Source of the DNA: an uncultured Methanosarcinales archaeon
Lineage (GTDB): Archaea > Nanobdellota > Nanobdellia > Woesearchaeales > GW2011-AR15
Assembly (NCBI GenBank): GCA_964428335.1
Contig: CAYRXW010000003.1
Span: 54,246-118,245, forward strand
DNA: 64,000 nt
Reading direction: 5' to 3'
The notes below the pieces were generated by a model. The model had not been told where the DNA came from. It was given only the letters and a program-made list of their open reading frames with translations, and searched no databases. This document shows, piece after piece, positions 48,404-58,272 of this stretch. Both the position numbers and the translations under genes were made by a program. Position 1 is the first letter of the stretch; each line of letters starts with the position of its first letter.

Positions 48404-49015
48404 CTATAGCTTTTCTTCTTCCTTATCTTCTGGATCTTCTTCCTTATCTTCATCCTTATGCCTTAAGTGCTGGCTGAAGTCCTCTTCGTATTCCCTTCTT
48501 TTTGTTTCCCTTTTCCTTCTTTCAAGCCACTGGTAGACATTTGAATGAGGGCTGCCTTTTATGAGCATTTCGACAGCTTTTCTTGCAAGGTGAAGCGTAT
48601 CAACCTGTCCTATGAATGCAACAGTCTTTCCATATACAGAGATATATGTTTCAGTAAACTCTTCAATAAGCCTTCTTGACTTCCCGTCTTTCCCTATTAC
48701 CCTTCCTTTAATCCTTAAAAACTGGTTTGGGTTCTCGAAATCAGGCAGGTTGATTATATCAAATGCATAATCCTGCTTTAAAAGCAGCATTGCTGTTTCA
48801 GGATTGAAACCACGGGCAATTGCTTTGATTATCTCCCTGGTTGAATACAGGCTTAGGGCGTCGTCTCCTGAAACATTGACTTCCCCTTCATTAGAATCAA
48901 TATCAAGCTTTGTTTTTGTAGCATCGCAAAGCATCTTTTTTGTCTCGCCATTCTTCCCTATAAGCACAGCTATCCTTTCCTTAGGAACTTTTACCTGATA
49001 GGCGAATTCTTTCAT
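48404..49015 (-). CDS. KH-domain RNA-binding protein (aDim2/Pno1-like) with acidic C-terminal tail
   Basis: Two KH-like GxxG loops (IGKNGETKK, IGKDGKSRR). Confidence 0.6.
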   Translation of the reverse strand: MKEFAYQVKVPKERIAVLIGKNGETKKMLCDATKTKLDIDSNEGEVNVSGDDALSLYSTREIIKAIARGFNPETAMLLLKQDYAFDIINLPDFENPNQFLRIKGRVIGKDGKSRRLIEEFTETYISVYGKTVAFIGQVDTLHLARKAVEMLIKGSPHSNVYQWLERRKRETKRREYEEDFSQHLRHKDEDKEEDPEDKEEEKL

Positions 49016-49121
49016 ATGTGGTCGGAATTTAGTGTTGTTTTTAAAGTTTAGTGTATAATATAATGAAGCAATTGAACAACCAAAGGAAAATTAAGCATTA
49101 ACTATATAAAAAATCATCCTT

Positions 49122-49805
49122 TTGAAAAACAGTATGATCGGGAAGATAATCGGGATAAAGAATGAAACAAAGAGTGTCAAGACCATAAAATTTGACTTGG
49201 CATTTGGTTTTATACCAGGGCAGTTTGTCTTCATCCATGCAGACATCAATGGAGAGAAAGTAAAAAGAGCATATTCAATAGCTTCTGCACCAAATGAAAA
49301 TCTTGAACTTACAATTGAGCTTACACCTGGCGGGAAACTGACGCCTTACCTGCACGATTCCTTAAAAATCGGAGATTCTCTTGAAATAAGCGAGCCTATT
49401 GGCAAATTTACGTTAAATGATGAAAAAAAGATAGCACTTATTGCAGGGGGTTCAGGGATTGTTCCTTACAGAAGCATGATAAAGCACGCAGCAAAAACAA
49501 ACAGCAATGTGGAAATTGTTGTGTTTTATAGCGTAAAAAAATTTGAAGATATAATCTATTACCATGAACTTAATGAAATCCAAAAAGAATTCAGCAACCT
49601 AAGGGTAGTTTATACATTGACAAGGGAAACTCCAGAACACTGGAAAGGAAAAACAGGAAGGCTTAATGTTTCAACTATGCTTGATGAGCTAAACGGTTAC
49701 AAAGATTTTGTCTTTTATATCTGCGGCCCAGTTGAGATGGTAAGATTCTTTTCAGATGAACTAAAACCTCTGGGAGTCAAACTAAAAAGAGAATTATGGG
49801 GCTAG
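49122..49805 (+). CDS. FNR-like FAD/NAD(P)-binding oxidoreductase (PyrK-like)
   Basis: RAYSIAS (RxYS), GGSGIVP, CGP. Confidence 0.65.
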   Translation: MKNSMIGKIIGIKNETKSVKTIKFDLAFGFIPGQFVFIHADINGEKVKRAYSIASAPNENLELTIELTPGGKLTPYLHDSLKIGDSLEISEPIGKFTLNDEKKIALIAGGSGIVPYRSMIKHAAKTNSNVEIVVFYSVKKFEDIIYYHELNEIQKEFSNLRVVYTLTRETPEHWKGKTGRLNVSTMLDELNGYKDFVFYICGPVEMVRFFSDELKPLGVKLKRELWG

Positions 49806-49868
49806 ATTTTCAATTAAAGCAAACCTTTATAATTTCTCTATAGCTTTTGAAAACAGGTGATATAACTT

Positions 49869-50291
49869 ATGGTTACGGCTAAAAAAACATCAAAATCACA
49901 AGCAACAAAGGCAGTGAAAAAAACAACTTTAAAACCAGCAGTAAAATCAGCAACAAAAAAAATTGAAGCTAGCATTATCCTTACAGAGGAAGCAGCAAAA
50001 AAAGTCAAAGAACTCCAAAAGCAGGAAAAAAAAGAGTCTTATGGGCTCAAGCTTTATGTATTTCCTGGAGGATGCTCAGGATTCCAGTATGGGCTGGATT
50101 TTGAAAAATCACCTGAAAAGACAGACATAGTTTCAGAACAGCACGGAGTAAAGCTTTTTGTTGACAAGGAAAGCGCATCAATGCTCAAGGGCACAAGGAT
50201 TGACTTTGTAGATTCATTAAAAGGATCAGGATTCAAGATTGATAACCCTAATGTGGAGCATTCATGCGGATGCGGAAAAAGCTTTTGCTGA
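49869..50291 (+). CDS. IscA/SufA/HesB-family Fe-S assembly protein with Lys/Ala/Thr-rich N-terminal tail
   Basis: C-terminal SCGCGKSF plus upstream Cys; about 50-aa K-rich extension. Confidence 0.7.
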   Translation: MVTAKKTSKSQATKAVKKTTLKPAVKSATKKIEASIILTEEAAKKVKELQKQEKKESYGLKLYVFPGGCSGFQYGLDFEKSPEKTDIVSEQHGVKLFVDKESASMLKGTRIDFVDSLKGSGFKIDNPNVEHSCGCGKSFC

Positions 50292-50332
50292 TTCCATTAA
50301 CTTTATTATATTAATTCTATTGTTTTTCTATT

Positions 50333-50563
50333 ATGTTTGAAAAGCTAATATTTGGAAAGCTAGGCTGGAAGGGAAATAGGTGGAGATATGGCTTTTTTTA
50401 TGCAACAGCTTACACTATCTTATTTTTTCTAATAATAAATCTCTCTGATATAATTCTTGGCAAAAAATCATTCCTTACAAACACAGTTTATTCCATTGTA
50501 TTTTTTATCCTGATGTTTTTTGTCTATCAGGTAAAGCACTATGCATATGAGAAAAAATTTTAA
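50333..50563 (+). CDS. small membrane protein
   Basis: 76 aa, two TM helices. Confidence 0.3.
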   Translation: MFEKLIFGKLGWKGNRWRYGFFYATAYTILFFLIINLSDIILGKKSFLTNTVYSIVFFILMFFVYQVKHYAYEKKF

Positions 50564-50588
50564 ATGAATTAGTGTTTCTTCTGCCTTT

Positions 50589-51653
50589 ATGGAACTAGCT
50601 TTTTTAAACGGGACATTTTTTGGCAATACAATACTTCAGTACCTTATATTCTTCGGATACATTGCAGGAGCAGTAATCCTTGGAAGAATAGTGTATTACT
50701 TTTTTAAGACAATAGCAAGGGCTGTAACATCAAAGACAAAGACAGATTTTGACGACATCTTAATTGATATCATTGAAGAACCGCTGGTTTTCTTGCTTGT
50801 GGTTTATGGATTTTACCTGGGATATCACCAGCTGACCTTGCCTGAGAAGGTTTTCAGTTTTTTTAATCAGCTAGACCATAACCTTATAATCATTGGGCTT
50901 GCGTGGTTTGGAATAGCTTTCATTGAGAAGATGATAACCCATTATCTTGCTCCATTGACATCAAAGACCCATACTGACCTTGATGATCATTTGGTTCCTT
51001 TGATAAGAAAGCTTGTAAAAACAGTCCTTATACTCTTGACCATACTAATTGTCATTTCAAACTTTGGCTATAATGTTTCTTCAGTCCTTGCAGGACTTGG
51101 TATAGGAGGCCTGGCATTTGCACTGGCAGCACAGGACCTATTAAAGAATTTTTTTGGAGGTATTGCAATACTTACAGACAAGCCATTCAAGCTTGGGGAC
51201 ATCATTGAAGTTGACAAGTATACCGGTTCAGTTGTTGAGATAGGACTTAGGTCAACAAGGCTAAAGACAGGTGCAGGGGATTTTGTCACTATCCCCAACA
51301 TGAGGATTATGGAAAACAGCACAGTAAACCTAAAGAAATACCAAAATAAGGCGATAAGTTTTGTGCTCGGCTTAACTTATGATACCAGCTCTGAAAAAAT
51401 AAGCAAGGCAAAAAAAATAATAGAGGATATTGTGAAAAAGAACAAGCACACAGTCAAGGATACTGTTGTCTCAAATTTTGTTTCATTCAATGCTTATTCG
51501 CTTGATATAGATGTAAGATTTGAAGTCAATACAAATGACGGTGGAATAATCAAGCAGATTAGGGATAGCATCAATCTTGAGATAAAAAAGCAGTTTGACA
51601 AGGAAAAGATAAGGCTGGCTTATCCAACCCAGACAATCGAATTAAAAAAGTAG
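50589..51653 (+). CDS. MscS-family mechanosensitive channel
   Basis: TM helices plus DKPFKLGDIIEVDKYTGSVVEIGLRSTRLKT...VTIPN. Confidence 0.75.
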   Translation: MELAFLNGTFFGNTILQYLIFFGYIAGAVILGRIVYYFFKTIARAVTSKTKTDFDDILIDIIEEPLVFLLVVYGFYLGYHQLTLPEKVFSFFNQLDHNLIIIGLAWFGIAFIEKMITHYLAPLTSKTHTDLDDHLVPLIRKLVKTVLILLTILIVISNFGYNVSSVLAGLGIGGLAFALAAQDLLKNFFGGIAILTDKPFKLGDIIEVDKYTGSVVEIGLRSTRLKTGAGDFVTIPNMRIMENSTVNLKKYQNKAISFVLGLTYDTSSEKISKAKKIIEDIVKKNKHTVKDTVVSNFVSFNAYSLDIDVRFEVNTNDGGIIKQIRDSINLEIKKQFDKEKIRLAYPTQTIELKK

Positions 51654-51708
51654 ATTTATGTATACCAGTATAGAAAAATATATATAGTCTTTTTTTATAT
51701 CTTTATTT

Positions 51709-52278
51709 ATGAGACAAGGAGTTTTGTTTGTTCTAGTACTGACTTCACTGTTTTTTGCAAGTTATTTTTATTTCTCGGTAATTTCCCCTGTTTTTGCACT
51801 AAAACCCGAGGTTGAGGCGCCAAAAGGCAGCCAAATTGAAGATTCCCATATAATCTATTTTCTAAATGAGGTTGAAGCTTACAGGCTTCATGAGAACCCT
51901 TTAAATTCAGAGCCTGCAGTAATAGAAATGCACTTAGATGGAAAGATAGAAAGGTTTGCAGTTGAGAATTTCACATACATAAAAACGACAGCTGAGCCAG
52001 ACGTACTAATATATACTTCAAAAAAAGATTTTTTAATGCTGCTTTCTGAAAGTGATTTAAAAAAAGAACTAAATAAAATGAGCACAGAAGGCAAAATTAA
52101 GATTGAATCCCTGAATGACGATAAGTCTCTTGCCTTGAAAGGTTATAAGGTTATTTTTGACAGCTTTTCTGCCAATGATATAACCGGAAATGTTGTGCTT
52201 CCCATCACAAACAGTTTTAACATGCTATTCTTGCTGCTGGCATTTGCGTTAATAAATGTAGTAAAAGAAAAAATTTAG
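51709..52278 (+). CDS. secreted/membrane-anchored hypothetical protein
   Basis: N-terminal TM, 189 aa. Confidence 0.3.
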   Translation: MRQGVLFVLVLTSLFFASYFYFSVISPVFALKPEVEAPKGSQIEDSHIIYFLNEVEAYRLHENPLNSEPAVIEMHLDGKIERFAVENFTYIKTTAEPDVLIYTSKKDFLMLLSESDLKKELNKMSTEGKIKIESLNDDKSLALKGYKVIFDSFSANDITGNVVLPITNSFNMLFLLLAFALINVVKEKI

Positions 52279-52703
52279 TTCTTCTTGATTAGGTTATTCT
52301 TCTCAAGAAGTGCCTTAATCCTTTTGTAGTCGTCAGATTCCTTGAATTCCCTTATTGTCTTTGAAGGAAGTTTTGAAAGCCATTTGTTCTGCAGCTTCAG
52401 GACTTCTTTTATATCTTCGTTCACTGCTGAGGCAGGCTGCTCTTCTGATTTTTCAAATTCTTCTTCATCTGAATCATTATCGTCAAAGCTAAGCCACTGC
52501 TTAATCTTTGAAAATACTCCTTTTTTAGGCTGTTTTTCATATTCTTCTTCGAACTTTTCTTCATTAGTCTCTTCCACTTTTGTCTCACCATGCATGAAGT
52601 TTAGGAATTTTTGGGCAGAGTTATTTTGTTTTGAGCTGCTGACTGGAACATCTTTTTTTCTCCTTGTGAGATATGCATCCATTTCAGAGTTAAAACTCCC
52701 CAT
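52275..52703 (-). CDS. acidic hypothetical protein
   Basis: 142 aa, E/D-rich. Confidence 0.3.
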   Translation of the reverse strand: MGSFNSEMDAYLTRRKKDVPVSSSKQNNSAQKFLNFMHGETKVEETNEEKFEEEYEKQPKKGVFSKIKQWLSFDDNDSDEEEFEKSEEQPASAVNEDIKEVLKLQNKWLSKLPSKTIREFKESDDYKRIKALLEKNNLIKKN

Positions 52704-52829
52704 ATAGTTTTAATTATTTAGTGACTATTTAAAGTTTTGGTAAAAGCACCCAAACAGGGGTTATCGTAGCTAAAACTGAGCTAAAAACTAATATTTTAAA
52801 TAATCAGCTTAATTTTCAAGTAGGTAAAA

Positions 52830-53522
52830 ATGGTCCCAAAGCACATAGCTATTATAATGGATGGCAACAGGAGATTTGCCAAAAGGGTTATGGCAAAGCC
52901 ATGGAAAGGGCATGAATGGGGCACAAAGAAGCTTGAACAGGTCCTAGAATGGTGCCAGGAATACGACATAAAGGAAATTACGCTTTATACTTTTTCCATG
53001 CAGAATTTTGATAGGCCAAAGGAAGAATTTGATTACTTAATGAACCTTTTTCTGCAGGGCTTTGAGAAGCTAAAGGAAGACAAGAGGCTTTATGAGAACA
53101 AGATTAGGGTAAACATAATTGGAAGAATCTGGATGTTTCCTGAAAATGTACAGAAAAAAATGAATGAAATCATGGAAAAGACAAAAAAACATGATAAATA
53201 CACAATAAATTTTGCCATGGCATATGGCGGACAGGAAGAAGTGGTGGACGCTGCAAGGAAAATTGCAGAAGACGTAAAATCAGGAAAAATTGATGTAAAG
53301 GAAGTTAATGGTGAATCTTTCAGGAATTACCTATATCTAAAAGGCGAGCCGGACATGATTATAAGGACTGGAGGAGAGAAGAGGACATCTAATTTCCTGG
53401 CTTATCAGGGAGCTTATTCTGAGTATATGTTCATTGAGAAGATGTGGCCTGAGTTTGAAAAAGAAGATTTCTTATCCTGTCTGGATGAATATGCAAAAAG
53501 AAAAAGAAGGTTTGGAAAATAA
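52830..53522 (+). CDS. uppS: cis-prenyltransferase / undecaprenyl-diphosphate synthase
   Basis: HIAIIMDGNRRFAKR near the N-terminus, RTGGEKRTSNFL, 230 aa. Confidence 0.85.
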   Translation: MVPKHIAIIMDGNRRFAKRVMAKPWKGHEWGTKKLEQVLEWCQEYDIKEITLYTFSMQNFDRPKEEFDYLMNLFLQGFEKLKEDKRLYENKIRVNIIGRIWMFPENVQKKMNEIMEKTKKHDKYTINFAMAYGGQEEVVDAARKIAEDVKSGKIDVKEVNGESFRNYLYLKGEPDMIIRTGGEKRTSNFLAYQGAYSEYMFIEKMWPEFEKEDFLSCLDEYAKRKRRFGK

Positions 53523-53523
53523 G

Positions 53524-53997
53524 TTAATTTACAGTTGCCCTGATTTTTCCTGTTGATGTTCTTTTTATGTCGCTTCCAACAGTGTAGAACCCTATTGTTA
53601 CTATTCCTGATATCTTCTTCCCTACAGGCACTTTTATTTCGCATGGTATCTCTACAACTTCACTCATGACACCATTGACTAATGTGTCTGTATATTGATA
53701 TTCATCGCAGTTCCAAAGTCCTTCATTATCTGCTTCGCCTTCTATATCTATCGTGAAATTGGCTATATTCTTGCCAAGTGTGTTCCTTAGTTCAAGCTGG
53801 ACAGCGGTTGTTGAAACACCATAGTTCTCGCATTGAAAAGCACTGGATATCTCGCAATTATCTGGAAGAAGCCTTCCTAAGTCTATCACTCCAAATCCTA
53901 TAAGTGCTCCGATTGCAAGCATGACGATAAGTATTGTAACTCCGTAGATAAGCAGTGTTTCTACAGCTGCCTGTGCTCTTTTATTAAGAATTTTCAT
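53524..53997 (-). CDS. archaeal type IV pilin-like protein (class III signal peptide)
   Basis: MKILNKRAQAAVETLLIYGVTILIVMLAIGALIGF: short basic leader then hydrophobic helix. Confidence 0.55.
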   Translation of the reverse strand: MKILNKRAQAAVETLLIYGVTILIVMLAIGALIGFGVIDLGRLLPDNCEISSAFQCENYGVSTTAVQLELRNTLGKNIANFTIDIEGEADNEGLWNCDEYQYTDTLVNGVMSEVVEIPCEIKVPVGKKISGIVTIGFYTVGSDIKRTSTGKIRATVN

Positions 53998-53999
53998 TT

Positions 54000-54590
54000 T
54001 TATCCTCCCTTTAACTTTGATGCAATATTTGAAAGCTCATTAACATTTTCAGAAAATACAGGAAGAACCTTTGAAAACACTTTTTCCATTGCCTTAATCT
54101 CGCTTCCTACCTCCTGTATATGCTTATCATAATCATTCACTTTCCCTATTACAGCGCGCTGCAAATCAGAGAAATTTTCCCTAAGGTTATCAAGCTTAAT
54201 CTCAGCTTCAGAAAGCCTGCTTTCAACTTTGTTTTTCCATTCAACAATCTTATTTATGTCCCTTAAAATCTCCTGCCATTTCTCCTCTATTATTGTTTCA
54301 ACTAACTCCTCTATCTTCACATCATTCTGAGGATCAGAAAAAACTTCCCTCATCTGACTTCCCGGGCTGTTTGTTACCTGTATCTCAGGCTGAGCAAATA
54401 CTTCCTGCGAAAAACTTTCACCTACTGGTTGCATACCTTCCACCGCCATTTTTGTATCAGCCTGGTTCATTGCATCAAATATCTGGGTATTGGAATAGCC
54501 TGATCTTTGCAATGTCTGGATAATCTGGTTATTAGACAGACCCTGTCCGCGCATCTGCATTATATCATTTATTGGAGAACCATCTGGCAT
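54000..54590 (-). CDS. coiled-coil protein in pilus locus
   Basis: 196 aa, heptad-rich C-terminal half. Confidence 0.3.
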   Translation of the reverse strand: MPDGSPINDIMQMRGQGLSNNQIIQTLQRSGYSNTQIFDAMNQADTKMAVEGMQPVGESFSQEVFAQPEIQVTNSPGSQMREVFSDPQNDVKIEELVETIIEEKWQEILRDINKIVEWKNKVESRLSEAEIKLDNLRENFSDLQRAVIGKVNDYDKHIQEVGSEIKAMEKVFSKVLPVFSENVNELSNIASKLKGG

Positions 54591-54639
54591 AAATAATAAT
54601 CATTAAAAAACAGCTATAAATAACTTTCGATATAATCGC

Positions 54640-55050
54640 CTATATTTTGCTTTTAAGTTCCAAAAGCATTTTTTCAGCTTCCTTTTTTGTGATAAAGCTC
54701 ATAGGCTGCCAGTAATTCATATACTTTACAAGCACATTGAACTCAGATTTATTCACAGCGTTCTTAATCTCTTCTGCCAATTTTGCCATCTTCTCGCTCA
54801 AATCAGAAATTTCGTTCCTAAGTTCAGACATGTTCTCATTTAAGTCCCTAATATCACTATTAAGATCTTTTACATCCTTAAGCATGCTTTGCTCAGTGAA
54901 CTGTGTCTTTTTCCTAAGGCCGGAAAAACGCTCTTCAATAAGCCTAAGCCTTCTCATAACCTCATGAAAATCATTAGTTACTCCTTCTGGCACATCAGAC
55001 ACAGGAACTTTTTTTTCAGGCAGAGGCATTTGCTGCGCAGGTTTATCCAT
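54640..55050 (-). CDS. coiled-coil protein in pilus locus
   Basis: 136 aa. Confidence 0.3.
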   Translation of the reverse strand: MDKPAQQMPLPEKKVPVSDVPEGVTNDFHEVMRRLRLIEERFSGLRKKTQFTEQSMLKDVKDLNSDIRDLNENMSELRNEISDLSEKMAKLAEEIKNAVNKSEFNVLVKYMNYWQPMSFITKKEAEKMLLELKSKI

Positions 55051-55089
55051 AGCAATTTTTTTAAACTAGTAAGTATATAAAAGTTCCTC

Positions 55090-57357
55090 ATGGATGATGT
55101 TTTTTTCTCTATTGAAAGAGTGGCTGAAGATACAGTTTTAAAGTGTGATTTTTCAAAAAGCACTCTTCCCCCATCAATTGAAGACAGTCCTATAGTGATG
55201 TCAAAGGTAATAGAGAACCTATCAAAAAACAGGGGAGTTACAAAAATAGCATTATATCAAAAGAGAGAATATGAATATGATTACCAGCAAACCTTGCTTT
55301 TGACTGAGATATCATTAATGTTTTCAAGGCTTTCAAGGGAAAATGACAGATTCAGTGTAGCAGCACTTGGGAAAATAAAGTGCCAGAAATTTGCAGATAC
55401 ATGGTATACCCAGATTAAGGATATCACTTCAAACCTTCTTCTTAAAGACCCTCTTGGAGCTTATGTTGAACTGCGAAGAGCAAGAAGGCATGAAAAGATA
55501 ATCCAGGAAAAGACAATAGATGAGGATTCTACTGAATGCATCCAGCACTATATAGAAATTTTGGACTACCTTACAGGGCTTTTGGAAGACACTAAACTAA
55601 TAGTCATAGCAAAACCATATCTTGCAGGATATGAGATGGGAAACAGGGACGCATACAGGAAAATCTTTAACCCGACAATAAAGCCAGATTTCATGTATAC
55701 AAAGCTTATGTCGGCCTATCCAAAAAACGGGGAAGAGATAGATAGTTTTTCAATTGGGGAAACAGAAGTCACGGTATTCAGGATGCCAGATACTGTCCAG
55801 ACATTATACCACCTAATGCCACCAGAGTTTAAACTTGATGAAGAGAAATATGAACTTTTGGATGTTGCAAGAAATATCATGGCGGAACATAAGCCACAGA
55901 AAGCTGATTTTGTAGACCCAAAAAGGATGAGGGAAGTTTTCTTTAATGTTGGAAAGGACCTCATTGAGGAGCTTGCAGCTTACAGGAAAATACCTATGAA
56001 GGAATCTGAGATAGAAGAACTGACAAGAATCCTTGTCAGGTATACTGTAGGATTTGGGTTGATTGAGGTTCTTTTGACAGATGATGAAGTACAGGATATA
56101 TCAATAAACAGTCCGATGGGAAGGATTCCTATATTTATTGTGCATGGGAAATATGACGATTGCATAACAAACATAATCCCAACGCCACAGGAAGCAGAAA
56201 GCTGGGCATCAAAACTAAGGATGATTTCAGGACGTCCATTAGATGAGGCTAACCCAATCCTGGACACAGAACTGGAGCTTCCTGGCGCCTCAACAAGAGT
56301 TTCAGCAATAAACCAGCCATTAAACCCGACAGGAATTGCTTTTTCTTTCAGAAGGCATAGGGACAAGCCGTGGACATTGCCCTTGTTTATGAAATACAGG
56401 ATGATAAATCCTCTGGCAGCAGGCCTCTTGAGTTTTCTTGTTGATGGAACAAGGACAATGATGGTATGCGGGACAAGAAGCTCTGGAAAGTCTTCTTTTC
56501 TCTCTGCTATAATTGTTGAAATCATGAGAAGATACAGAATCATTACAATTGAGGATACTTTGGAACTTCCTGTTCCACAGCTTAGAGACTTAGGGTTTAA
56601 CATCCAGTCAATGAAGGTAGCCTCATCATTAACGCAGACAGGAAGCGAAGTTGATGCAACAATAGGTATCAGAGCAACACTTAGGCTTGGAGATTCATCA
56701 CTTATTGTTGGAGAAGTAAGAAGTAAGGAAGCTGTTGCTCTTTACGAAGCAATGAGGGTAGGCGCAGCAGCAAATGTAGTTGCAGGCACAATCCATGCGG
56801 ATTCGCCTTACGGATTATATGACAGGGTAGTAAATGACATAGGGGTTCCAAAGACAAGCTTCAAGGCAACAGATATTGTGATAATTGCAGCTCCAATAAA
56901 ATCAGCAGACGGACTTCATAAGTACAGAAGGGTAACCCAGATAACTGAAGTTCAGAAGCACTGGGAAAATGATCCAATGACTGAAAAAGGTTTCATAGAT
57001 CTGATGAAATATGACGCAAAGAAAGATGAATTAGTTCCTACAGATGACCTGATTAACGGTGAATCTGATGTATTAAAAACAATTGCCGGAAAGATCTCAG
57101 ATTATTCTGGGAGCTGGGATGCTGTCTGGCAGGATATCCTTTTAAGGGCGCAATACAGGGAAACCCTTACAAACAAGGCAATCGAATTAAAAGACAATGA
57201 TATGCTTGAGGCGCCTTTTGTAATATTATGCAATGACATGTTCCATATCTTCTATGAAAAAGTAAAAAAGAAAACAGGGAAGCTTGACCACAAAAGGATA
57301 TATATGGAATGGGAGAACTGGTTCTTGCAGGAAATAAGGAGAAGGAAGGGAAGATAA
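55090..57357 (+). CDS. FlaI/TadA/VirB11-family type IV filament assembly ATPase with about 300-aa N-terminal extension
   Basis: MMVCGTRSSGKSSFLSAI Walker A, SLIVGEVRSKEA Asp box, AGTIHADSP His box. Confidence 0.75.
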   Translation: MDDVFFSIERVAEDTVLKCDFSKSTLPPSIEDSPIVMSKVIENLSKNRGVTKIALYQKREYEYDYQQTLLLTEISLMFSRLSRENDRFSVAALGKIKCQKFADTWYTQIKDITSNLLLKDPLGAYVELRRARRHEKIIQEKTIDEDSTECIQHYIEILDYLTGLLEDTKLIVIAKPYLAGYEMGNRDAYRKIFNPTIKPDFMYTKLMSAYPKNGEEIDSFSIGETEVTVFRMPDTVQTLYHLMPPEFKLDEEKYELLDVARNIMAEHKPQKADFVDPKRMREVFFNVGKDLIEELAAYRKIPMKESEIEELTRILVRYTVGFGLIEVLLTDDEVQDISINSPMGRIPIFIVHGKYDDCITNIIPTPQEAESWASKLRMISGRPLDEANPILDTELELPGASTRVSAINQPLNPTGIAFSFRRHRDKPWTLPLFMKYRMINPLAAGLLSFLVDGTRTMMVCGTRSSGKSSFLSAIIVEIMRRYRIITIEDTLELPVPQLRDLGFNIQSMKVASSLTQTGSEVDATIGIRATLRLGDSSLIVGEVRSKEAVALYEAMRVGAAANVVAGTIHADSPYGLYDRVVNDIGVPKTSFKATDIVIIAAPIKSADGLHKYRRVTQITEVQKHWENDPMTEKGFIDLMKYDAKKDELVPTDDLINGESDVLKTIAGKISDYSGSWDAVWQDILLRAQYRETLTNKAIELKDNDMLEAPFVILCNDMFHIFYEKVKKKTGKLDHKRIYMEWENWFLQEIRRRKGR

Positions 57358-58047
57358 TTATCCTATAAGCGAAATTATGTTTCCCCTGCCCTGCTTTATC
57401 TTCTTTACTTTTCCCATGTGCTCAAGCTCAGCGATCATAAGGGATATCTTAGCTTCTGAAACAGGGAACTCTTTCCTAATCTCCCTCTGTGTCATCCTGC
57501 CCTGATTTTTTTTAAGGATTGCAATAATCTTTTCAAGGTCTGAAGATACAGCATTAATTGATTTCGCATTATTTTTATTTTCCACTTTTTTTCTAAAAAA
57601 TATATAGCTGAAAACAATAAGCAGTCCAAATACCATAAGGATAAAAGGAAAACCAAAATAGTTTTTCCTCTCAAATTCTGGCTCATCAATTTCAAAATCA
57701 ATATCCATGTATAGCTTATCAGTCTCATCAATGCTTGGATACAAAAAAAGATCAAGGACATAGCTTCCGTCATTTTCAATGCTTATGTTTTCAAATGCAG
57801 CCATGACTTCCCCATTTTCCTTCAAGTACGCTGATAGCATATAATTCCCATCAGGCACATCAAAACTATAGCTGCCGTTCACAGCCAGGAATCTTTGGTT
57901 TGGCACAGTATTTATTTCAACTATGGAATTAGAGGCCTTCATGAAAGACAGATCATAGATGCTTCCATGAATGTTTGCAGCAAAATTATATGGCAGTATA
58001 ACTATTGATAATATAACCAGAAAAAACACAAAAACTTTTTTCCTCAT
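57358..58047 (-). CDS. bitopic membrane protein: extracellular beta-sandwich domain, TM, cytoplasmic C-terminal winged HTH
   Basis: Signal/TM, TM YFGFPFILMVFGLLIVFSYIFF, then MTQREIRKEFPVSEAKISLMIAELEHMGKVKKI. Confidence 0.45.
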   Translation of the reverse strand: MRKKVFVFFLVILSIVILPYNFAANIHGSIYDLSFMKASNSIVEINTVPNQRFLAVNGSYSFDVPDGNYMLSAYLKENGEVMAAFENISIENDGSYVLDLFLYPSIDETDKLYMDIDFEIDEPEFERKNYFGFPFILMVFGLLIVFSYIFFRKKVENKNNAKSINAVSSDLEKIIAILKKNQGRMTQREIRKEFPVSEAKISLMIAELEHMGKVKKIKQGRGNIISLIG

Positions 58048-58272
58048 CTTAGAAGGGATAAGATATTTGGTTTATATAAGTTTCTTAATGAAAAAAACAG
58101 AAAATAAAGATTATTTTCTTAAAATAATTAAAAATATACTTTATTTTTCTAAAATAAAGAAATATAAAGCTTTAAAATACTTAATTTTAAAGTTTATTTA
58201 TAAAGTTCATCGCATTACCAAAACACAGCTACTTCAATACTCAAAAAAGGAAAAACAAGGAGGAAATTAAAA

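Noticed and set aside
57971-58270. ORF 57971-58270 (99 aa, K/I/Y-rich)
   Set aside because: Lies in the extremely AT-rich promoter region between divergent/convergent genes. The composition-driven ORF has no motifs and overlaps the 5' end of 57358-58047 on the other strand.
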